Shown: one piece after another, positions 27,533 to 36,910 of the stretch
Layout: every line of letters starts with the position of its first letter
Numbering within the stretch: position 1 is the first letter of the stretch
From: Rhizophagus irregularis
Lineage: Eukaryota
Assembly (NCBI RefSeq): GCF_026210795.1
Contig: NC_089433.1
Span: forward strand, 3,348,001 to 3,412,000
Length of the DNA stretch: 64,000 bases
Direction: 5' to 3'
The notes under the pieces: generated by a model
The model's input: only the letters and a program-made list of their open reading frames with translations
What the model was told of the DNA's origin: nothing
The model's database searches: none
Program-made: the position numbers and the translations under genes

Positions 27533-30120
27533 TTTTTTTTTTTTTTTTTTTTTAATAGTAACGCATTTTATTAATTATTTAAAATTTACAGAAAATTTTT
27601 ATAATTATTTTAAAATACTTAGAGCTTGACATAAAATGACAAACCCTATAACTAAGTTTTAACTATCTAAAAAAAAACTAATATAAAATCTAAACTAAAA
27701 AATTTGTGTTCGATTCTATATTTATATTGTTTCAAACTACGCTACTGTTCTCGTATTTTATGATGTTTTTGAATTTTTGCTATTTTTATATGTTTTGAGG
27801 CTTTACTATTTTAAAATCAAACAAAATAATTGTGAAGAAATATCAAGTAAAAACTAAATGATTTAAAATACATTAAAAGCGAAAAAAAAAAATTAAAGTA
27901 TAATAAAATTCTGTCTTGTAAATTAAAAAGAAAAACTATACTACCGCGGAAAATATCAAAATTACTCTTGTAACATTCTCTGTTATTAAGAAGGTGAAAA
28001 TCGATCAAATTCCAGTATTGCTCTTCTAGAATAAATTTTCAAAATTGTTAAGAATTTTGGGGATAATTTGTTCATTCTGTATCAGAATTTTCCCTTTCTC
28101 CCTGCTTTCGCACTACTCGCTTTTTGTTTTCATTTTTCATTTCTTCATCATCATCGTCCGATAACTCTGTTACTTTCTTTTTCCCCTTTCTTTGTGTCGT
28201 GTCTGTTGTCATCTTTAATTCGTCTAATCTTTCTTTAAATTTATTATTTAAATTATCTAACTCGTCGTGTTCTTCCGAAGTTCTTGGAACCGTTGAGATT
28301 AAGTCAGTAGTTGCGTCAACAAATCCGTCCTTTGGTTTTTGTGGGATATTGAATTTGTTAATGCCGAAACGTTTTTTGTATGTTCCATTTTCAGTGATCA
28401 ATTCATCTTGACTTTTGATCTACAAACCGTTTTCCATGTTTTCTTCTTCCATCGTCGAATTGTAAATTGCTTTCATTAAATCCTTTTCATTGTTAAAATA
28501 TATCAAAATGTATTTAATTTTGTTTATTTTGATAATTTTTGAAAAAAGGCCACCGTATTTTAAGTTTTCTGCTTTTAATCCCTCATGTTCTGGTCTCCCT
28601 GGTAAATCTTTGAATTTTTTGTATGCTTGCCATTCATATTTTTTCTTAATTTCAGTAGTACTCATTTTCGCGTTAAACATCCTAAAAAAATAAGTCTGCT
28701 CTTTTTTCTTGATCGCTATATTAGGTCCACCTTTGATGAAGATTTCCTCCATTTCTGTTGTGAAGCGAATTCTAGCTCGAACAGTCCTATATTTGTAATT
28801 CCATTTACATTCTAATCTTTCTATATATCCTATTTGTTTTAGCGAGTCATAGATTTCATTATCCTTCCAATAAGCTGGAAAATCATAAAATTTTAAGTCA
28901 CGTGATCTATCGGAAAAATGTTTTTTCAGAAAATCATCATCGGAAGTTGTTTGAACCGAAATTTCGGTGATCTTCCCCTTTTTAATTTCTTGTGTGGATG
29001 ATTTCTTTTTTTTGATTTTCTACGTCGATCGTGGCTTTTTGTCTTACTTTTCGGCTTACTGGATGTGGCAATCTCGCTCGTTACTGTTTTCTTCTCTGAA
29101 TTGCTCAATTTTAGCACGTCATTTTCTAGTTTTTTTATTCGTTCTTCTGCCATCTTTTTTTCCTTTTCTAAATTGTCTATCTTTTCTTTGTATTCGTTGT
29201 ATTTGGCCCTCATAGAATCTAATTCGTTCTTGGTTTTTTGTAATTCTTCTACTGCGGCATTTTTTTCTGCGGATCGTTTCTGAAGGGTTTCGAATACTAT
29301 TTGCAGAATTTTTTTGGTGGTATCGCCAGCCATTTTCATTGTAAAAGTAGCGAAATCCATTAAAGTGTCTTTAATAATATTGTTACCCGTTTGTCTTTTT
29401 CCATTTATAATGCCTTCTCCCATTATTCCTGGTGGGAATATTATATCTCTTTCCATGTATTCTAATTCGTATTCTGCTAAATTGACTCTACTATTCTTTC
29501 TCATAGCATCTGAAAAATCGTCTAAATGATGTTCTTCAAATCCTTTAAAGTCCTTATAAAAAAGTAATAAATAGTGTCTTAAAAAATTTGTTTCATCTAT
29601 ATCTTTATTCGTTATTGCTCCTTTTTCTGTGTTCGTTGTCGCTCCTTTTTCTATATCTGCTATTGCTCCGTCCTGCGTTGTCGTGCTTGCTTGAGAGTTT
29701 TCTAGGAGAATTGTTTCCAAGATTCTTTTAACGTTTTCGCCACCCATTTTCATTGTGAAGACTGCGGTGTCCATTAAAATATCTTTGTATATGTTCCTTT
29801 CTTTTGTTATTCTTGCATCTCTGACTCCTATTTTTATGTCGCCTGGCGGATATAACATATCTTTATCCAAATGTAAAATTTTGTATTCTTCTAAGTTAAA
29901 TTTTTTATATTCTTTTAAACTTTTTGAAAAATCTTCTATATGTTCCAACTCGAAACCTGTAAAGCCTCTATAGTACTCGTTTAGATATTGTTTAAGAGTT
30001 TCTTCTTCCATTTTTGTTGTTAAAATATGTATTTTTATTATATATTTTGTTAATAAAGTTAAAATTTTTCTTTCGTAAAATTTTAGTCCGAAAGATCGTC
30101 AGGAAGAGTTCCCTCTCTCC
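27533..30120 (-). mobile_element. RT-less retroposed element B (2588 bp), LINE ORF1-like only
   Basis: Poly(A) tail seen as a T run at 27533-27553; perfect 16-bp TSD tttatctaatttatta at 27517-27532 and 30121-30136. Confidence 0.92.
28072..30011 (-). pseudogene. ORF1/gag-like protein of retroposon B: duplicated N-terminal domain, coiled coil and RRM-like segments; disrupted
   Basis: ORFs 28926-30011, 28420-28752 and 28072-28401 are collinear fragments separated by a frameshift and stops. The segments RDLKFYDFPAYW and KYILIYFNNEKDLMKAI look RRM-like. Confidence 0.6.
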
Positions 30121-31029
30121 TTTATCTAATTTATTAAATTTTTGTTTCTTTTTCATTTTACTTTAAGGGAAAGGATAAAACGAAAAGGAAAGGGTAAAAC
30201 GTAAAGGAATGGATGAAACGAAAAGGGAAAAGGTAAAACGAAAAGGAAAGAGTAAACACAAGGGGAAGAGGAAATGAAAATAAAAGGAAAAAATGAAAAG
30301 GGAAAAGGAAAAACGAAAGGGGAAGGTGAAAATGAACGGGAAAGGTGAAAACGAATGGGGGAAACGAAAGGGAACAGTGAAAACGAAAGGAACATTTCGA
30401 AGGTATACTTCGAAATATTTGTTTTTTATTTTGATTTTTTTCAACAAAACGTATATTAATGTTTCATTTTTTTTATATTTTTTAGGTTTGGCGGCTCATT
30501 GGACAAACCGGAATTCAATATTTCGAAGGTATACTTTGAAATATTTTTTTTATTTGATTTTTTTTAATGAAACGTATATTAATATTTCGTTTTTTTATTT
30601 TTTAGGTTTAACGGTCTTTGAACGTATGGAATTTAACATTTCGAAGGTATATACTTCGAAATGTTTCTTTATTTTGATTTTTTTCAACGAAACGTTTATT
30701 AACGCTTCATTTTTTTCTTTTTTTTTAGGTTTACACCGGCTTCTACTTTGGCACTGGACATTTGATACATGAATGAATTAGAGGTGCAGATTATCCATAG
30801 ATTATCGTTAAATAATAATAATTGTACATTTATTAATAAATAAAATTATAATAAATTATGTGAAATTATTAAAACAGTGTTTTAAATTGTCATGGAGTTT
30901 ACACTAAATTGTTTAAAATTATTACTAAATTTCTCAATTGTCCAAAATCGGTAAAACATTTTCACTCAATTATCCGAAATTATCCTAAATTTCACTAAAT
31001 TATCAAAAGTTTAGCTAACATTTACCAAA

Positions 31030-31510
31030 AAAATGCAAAATTTACCACAATTTGTATTACGTTTGTACAACATTGCTGAAAAATTCACCTAAATTTTCAA
31101 CAATTTATATAACATTACTAAAAATACACTACAATTTACCACAATTTGCATTACTTTTGCATAAAATTACTAAAATTCACTATAATTTACCACAATTTGC
31201 ATTACGTTTACATAACATTACTAAAAATTTAACTAAATTCACCACAATTTGCACTTCGTTTACATAACATTACTAAAAATTTAATTAAATTCACCACAAT
31301 TTGCACTTCGTTTACATAACATTACTAAAAATTTAACTAAATTCACCACAATTTGCATTACGTTTGCATAACATTACTAAAAATTTAACTAAATTCACCA
31401 CAATTTGCATTACGTTTGCATAAAATTACTAAAAATTTAACTAAATTCACCACAATTTGCACTTCGTTTGCATATCATTACTAAAGATTTGCCTAAAATT
31501 TCCCATAATT
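31030..31510. repeat. Subterminal tandem array, ~52-bp unit (attcaccacaatttgcattacgtttgcataacattactaaaaatttaactaa)
   Basis: At least 5 near-perfect copies plus degenerate ones. Confidence 0.9.
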
Positions 31511-31714
31511 TAATGATAATTTACTGAAAAATTTCTCAACATTTGAATTAGGAATTCTGTAGGAATTCTGCCATTTTGACAAAATTTGCCAAATTGTAAG
31601 ACCTCCATTATCCCAAAATTGTAACACAATTTACCCCAATTTACCGGGATAATTCTCAATTTGCCAGAAAAATTTCAGGCAAATTTTGCGACAATGACAT
31701 CTGTTCGACCTGTG

Positions 31715-33631
31715 AATTGCCATTATCATCGGCACGTCGTTTAAGTGTTCTGTTATCCATGACCGCACAAGGCTGAAATTTTAAGCCAACTTCGTCTCTG
31801 TAGTATTCAGTATATATCGCATGATCAATAGTATCGACATGATCACGTAAATGTTCTAAGATGTCTTCTGCTTTTCTCTTTTGTAGTTCTTTTTCTCTTT
31901 TGCGTTGTTCGCTTTTCTTCAGTAATATGGGCACAGTCTGCGCTTCAGATGAGACTTCGAATAATTTCATTTCATAATCATGACGGGCGGTGGTATACTC
32001 CATTATCATATCACAAAGATCTCTTCGGTAGATACCTTTTTCAGGAGTAGTATCCTATTGACTTCCAGCGTCGATTTTTGCCTGTTCATATTGCGTATTT
32101 TCTATATGGATATCATAAATCTCTTTCATGTGGGCTAACCAAGCATTACTGCCAACCGTAAGTAGTTTCAAGTTGCGTTTCCTAATGTTTCTATGAGAAG
32201 GTTGATTATATAAGCCACCTTCGTAGAAAGGTTCATCCGGAATTAACGGAATGTAGTGTTTAGGCACGTTTTCAAGGTTGTCTATGACAACAGGTGGATT
32301 AGGATCAACAATGGTCGGAGATGCGATGGAGCTATCGTTACTATATAGTTCCGTAGCAATGACTGCAGAAACGCGATTTGTTCCAGGAAACGAAAGCGGA
32401 AAAGAATAATCTTGTTGTAAAGGTGAGATGAATTTTTTCTTATAGCACAGATGTGTGAGAGGTTTGGTGAACGATTGAGTTTCTTGAAACAGAAGCATAT
32501 GACGTTGTGCAGCACGGAGCTTATCATCCAACAGAGCATTAGTGCGTAAATTAGCATTACGAAAAGTATGCCTAATCGATGCATCAAAGCATTTCTCTTG
32601 TCTTTTTCTGACTTTTGAGGACGAACTAGGAGTGCGTTGAAAATTCCGATAAACTTTGCCGTAAATAAAATTGAGTCCTTTTTTTTTACGACATTGCTAT
32701 AAAAAGCACAGTATGTTGTGGTGAAAGAGATGCCTAATCGGTTTGAAAAATTATTATGTATCCTCTTCTTGGCCCATCGGTTGTAGAGGCGAGTTGCGTG
32801 AAAATCTTTGAAAGTTTTGCAGTTGCTGACATCAGGTATTTTGTTATCCTTCGAAGTAAAGTATAGCGTTAATTTTTTGTGATAAGTAATACAGGCGTGA
32901 CAATGAAAAGACATAGTGAAAGGAGCTGGAATGAGGCAGGCCGTTACAGTTTTGCTAATTGGATCCACAGTATGACAATAATTACATGGGAGGTAGATAC
33001 CAAAATAAAATCTATATTTCTTATATGAGAAATTAAAAAAAGTTTTAGTCATGTGATTATTTTCATCTTTTTTTTGGGCACGTAATACTATGAAATCTAA
33101 ACGCTCCAATAATTTTTTACGAATAAGCATGAAAAATTTGTTTTGTAACCGTCGAGGAATAACTTTTTGCGTTGAAAAAAAGTGTGTGAGCTGTTTCAAT
33201 ATTTGAAATTTGAAATTCAGAAGTTGACTCGTGGAGTTATGATTAATCGGGTTAGAGGACATATGATAATCATTGGTGTAGATCTTTAATTGAAGTTGAT
33301 TGGTGTTTGATAGATGATCAACAAGCTCAAAAAAGAAACTTTTTGAATGCCAAAAGTTGTAAATCTTGTTATAACCAGTTCTATGGTATGGGATCACATG
33401 AAATTTTTCATATTTCATAGAGAAAATATAGTTTTTATTATTATTAAACGAAAGGGTGGGATGAGTATCCTCAAAATATTCAGAGGGTGAAGATATATTT
33501 GACAAATTGTCTTCAGTGGGTGGTAAGGAATTTGTAGTATTATGGTTAAAAATGAAGTCTTCAGGACCAGGCGGTGTATAATTATATCCGGGTATAGGAA
33601 CAAAGTCGTCTGCTCATGGAATATAAGACAT
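31715..33631 (-). pseudogene. Single ORF of retroposon A, unknown function; C-terminus continues at ~24725-24630
   Basis: ATG at 33631 is in frame with ORF 32282-33505 across one TGA; continues through frameshifted pieces 32055-32531 and 31715-32009. Confidence 0.6.
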
Positions 33632-34248
33632 AACCAACCCTTGAATATGGGTAAAGTGAGAACAATAAAACCTCGTCTTATGCCCGAAGCGCCCTATAGG
33701 GCCTCTTCCCCTTTGAAGTATATTTAAATGTAAAAATTCAAAAGAAAGCTGCGCTATTTACTACGGAAAATTAACAAAAATAAAAAAAGGGGAAAGAGTT
33801 TTTTTTTACTGTCATAGCATTATGATTGTATTGTAACTTTGCGCTAATGTATAATGCATTGTCACGTTATTACAACCATGATGTTACATTATAGTGAAAG
33901 CGTTGTCTTAAAATTATAAGTTTCTGCTATGAACTTTAAAACCTTTTATCAACTTTAAAAGTTGATATTGTATCAAGTAATTTTGAACTGAATTTATTGT
34001 TTTTAAATGCATAATGTACACGTTGATTATAAGTTAAATAAAATAAATATTTACATTAAAATAAATCAATATTCATGCCAGTATCATGATGATGATTGAT
34101 GCAACAATATTTAAATGTTGCACAATTTGGCAAGCCAAGTTAGACTAAACTATCAGGCATGGATATTAGACAAAATGTTACATTATGTCTGACATTTTAC
34201 CTGTTCATTGATTTTCATCTGTCCGTGTTTGATATTTATCTGTCATAT

Positions 34249-34769
34249 TGTAGTGCCATAATTCCAGAATTAACTTTGATTTAAATAATAGAGTATTTCG
34301 GAATTATAGGGATCATCTATATTTTGTGTAACATACATTAATAGTCTGAAGTAATTTGGATCGGAAATGAAGATCATCCTAATAGTAATAATGATGTAAT
34401 AAGTTACAATTAATTTATTATTATTTACGTTGATCGAAGGATCAACATGTAAATTATTATATAAACCCCAACTTTTTGACTTAGTATTAGCAGTTCCTTT
34501 TCTTTGGAAGTTCCTTTCTGTTTCTTTTAGTTCCTTTTAAATTCTTTTAATTCTTTTAAATAAAAACTATCATTTTAATTATTATAATTATTTTATAATG
34601 TTCTGACGAAATTTTATGATTATATTATTTTACATTTAATAAATAACTGTGTTATAATGACATATTCTTACATAATAAAGAATAAACCTTTTATTAAATT
34701 ATAAATTTTATGACTTTATGAGAGAGATGAAATTCTTGTGGCGACAGAGTGGCAGAAGCTGTCGTTGCA
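34249..34769 (+). repeat. 5' LTR of element 1
   Basis: tgtagtgcc...gtcgttgca; 7 differences from the 3' LTR counted by eye. Confidence 0.97.
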
Positions 34770-34771
34770 AA

Positions 34772-34789
34772 TGGTGCATGCTCTGAGAA
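34772..34789 (+). promoter_or_regulatory. Primer-binding site, tRNA-Gly-like
   Basis: tggtgcatgctctgagaa, 2 nt after the LTR; one mismatch to the PBS of element 2. Confidence 0.85.
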
Positions 34790-35897
34790 TCACCTTCTAT
34801 TGTCTACATACAATAGAAAAACTTGTTGAATAATACCTAATAAATAGCCTTTTACTATCGGCATATAGTAAATACCCTTTTGGAAGGAATGGAAATTTAT
34901 TAGAACCAAGGAGAAAACCCAAATAGTGGTCCTAGGAATTATTTGACAGTGAAAAGAAGAAAGAAGAAAAGAACTCACTCCAACCCTTTACAGAGTATTA
35001 CCCAGACTTAAATTTTTAGACATGTCTTCATACATGTATTAGCGACTAGGAATCTAAGAAACTGCGAATAAAGCGTTATATTCGACAAGGCCTCTGTATC
35101 GTATGGTTAAGTATTGTTATCTATTTTAATAATTTAGATTTTATTTTTGCAGGTATAACTCTTCAGATAGGAATGGGAATAACTGGACTCTGACGAGAGT
35201 GTAACTTCTCCTTACTGAAAGCATCCTGGAGATGCGTAACTGAACCTACAAAAATGTGTAAATAGATTGAATTATGAGTAAGTATGAGTTGGAATATGTT
35301 AAAGGGATAGAGAAATAAAGAGTTATTTCGTAAAAACCCAAATTTAATGAAGAAAGTGATAAAATCCAATTTTTAAGCCCCAAAATTGAGTAGTAAATGA
35401 AAATAAAAACCCCAATTTAAAACCCCTATATTAAACTCAGCGTTAATTAATGATTAAAGACCAATTCTAAAGCCCAAAATGATGTATTAAACCTAAAAGA
35501 ATGGTAAAACCCCATATAAAAATCCCAATTTATGAGTTGAAAACCCACTTCTAAGTACAATAAAACGTAAATAAACCCAAGTTTTAAACCCAAATTCGTA
35601 GATAAAGCCCACCTTTAAAAACCAAAGAAACTGAGATATAAAACCCACCTTTTAAGAAGAGAAAAGATGGCGGAAGCTATCTAAAAATTTTAGTAGAATA
35701 CCCGATAAAATATCCGAATTGTCTATAAAAGGAGTGCCAAAATTACCAGCCAAAAGATCATTCAAATGATTGAAGAAATACTCTTATTAACAAAAATAAT
35801 AATATCAAGATACTCATTTGCAGTATATATCATCCTTATTTGCGAGATATTAAAAATAATTTTGATAAAATTTATTATCGTTATAATTTGAGATAAA

Positions 35898-36482
35898 ATG
35901 ACTACAATTAAAAACTATCATAATCAAATTGTACTTAAGGATGAGGATAGAGATATGATTAAAGCTCAACGAAACTACCTCATCAAAATGTATGGAATGA
36001 CAATGGAGGATATAAAAATATTAGATAAGATGGCTGATAGAATTAGGGAAAGATGGTTAAAATTACAAGAAAAGCTCAAACCTTTGAATAGGATAGACCA
36101 ATTTAAAGAAAGGTGTATGGAAAATGAAATTGAAACTTATCAATCAAGTCTTGGAAAAATAGATAAAAGAGTTAGAGAATTTAATGAAGAAATATCTTAT
36201 AAAATTATACAATGCAATACCCAATTAGGATATGATGAAATCGATTTAGATAGTGATTATGAGGATAGCAAAAATGAAACCCCAACTGAATCAGAGGATG
36301 AGAAAGATAGTGACGAGGATTTAAGTGATAATGACTCTGAAAGAGAAGAGAGAGCAATGTCACCAATACCATATCCATGTTGTAATGAAATACATTGCAT
36401 ATGCTATGATCAAATTGAAATTGATAAAGAATATGAAGAATATTGTTTGAATCAGGTTGAACAAATGGCTGAAAATCATTAA
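35898..36482 (+). CDS. Accessory ORF A of element 1 (194 aa; helical, acidic tract, CCxxxHCxC motif); unknown function
   Basis: Open ATG-initiated ORF upstream of gag, with a TATA-like tataaaagg near 35724. Confidence 0.65.
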   Translation: MTTIKNYHNQIVLKDEDRDMIKAQRNYLIKMYGMTMEDIKILDKMADRIRERWLKLQEKLKPLNRIDQFKERCMENEIETYQSSLGKIDKRVREFNEEISYKIIQCNTQLGYDEIDLDSDYEDSKNETPTESEDEKDSDEDLSDNDSEREERAMSPIPYPCCNEIHCICYDQIEIDKEYEEYCLNQVEQMAENH

Positions 36483-36555
36483 AAAGCTATAAATACCTTA
36501 AAAACCCCAATCTGATAAATTAAATTATAATCCCAATTTATTAACGAATTAAATT

Positions 36556-36867
36556 ATGGATATCAAACAACAAAAAGAATTCTTAGTAAAGGCATATCAC
36601 GAATGTTTATATCAGGAAAAATCATTACGAAGGCCCATATCTTACTATAAGGACAAAATAATTGAAATTAGGAGAAAACTTAAACCAACTGAAGAAGATT
36701 TTGAGAAAGAAATAAGACTAGAAAGAGATTTAAGAAGATATGAAAGGAAAATTAGAGGAGACTACGAGACTCTAATGGACATAAAAAAGAATATAATTAA
36801 AAGGATAATTAAGATAAAAACAGAGTTAAAAACCAAAAAGAGATATCAAAATAATTTAAAAGTATAA
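36556..36867 (+). CDS. Accessory ORF B of element 1 (103 aa, basic coiled coil); unknown function
   Basis: Open ORF tightly packed between ORF A and gag. Confidence 0.55.
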   Translation: MDIKQQKEFLVKAYHECLYQEKSLRRPISYYKDKIIEIRRKLKPTEEDFEKEIRLERDLRRYERKIRGDYETLMDIKKNIIKRIIKIKTELKTKKRYQNNLKV

Positions 36868-36910
36868 ATATATCATAAAACCCAACTCTGAAAATTTTAT
36901 AAAATATAAG

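Larger units (their letters stand above)
26200..30840 (+). ncRNA. Putative multi-micro-exon spliced transcript, probably non-coding; ends approximate
   Basis: About 12 repeated introns (GTAAGT/GTATAC ... CTAAC-like branch ... poly-T AG) separating mostly 31-43-nt exons; no obvious long ORF; one intron holds retroposon B. Confidence 0.55.
24729..31714. mobile_element. Non-autonomous CMC/CACTA-like element (CACAG termini)
   Basis: TIR cacaggtcgaa / ttcgacctgtg with a further cattgtc match; 3-bp TSD aat; long subterminal repeat arrays; no transposase. Removing it restores the host ORF (..DDNGN|LDSHYGIHKYKK..). Confidence 0.85.
24244..33807 (-). mobile_element. RT-less retroposed element A (~2.6 kb net), interrupted by a CMC element
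   Basis: 16-bp TSD actgt(t/c)atagcattat at 24228-24243 and 33808-33823; (TAAA)n tail at the left end on the minus strand; one long degraded ORF that reads through the CMC insertion site. Confidence 0.8.

Noticed and set aside
30075..30120. Hammerhead ribozyme at the 5' end of retroposon B (CTGACGA)
   Set aside because: No properly placed GAAA or stems I/III; the same problem applies to ctgaaga near 25872.
35330..35650. Telomeric repeat tract
   Set aside because: CCC-containing motifs are dispersed and irregularly spaced, not tandem TTAGGG-type repeats.
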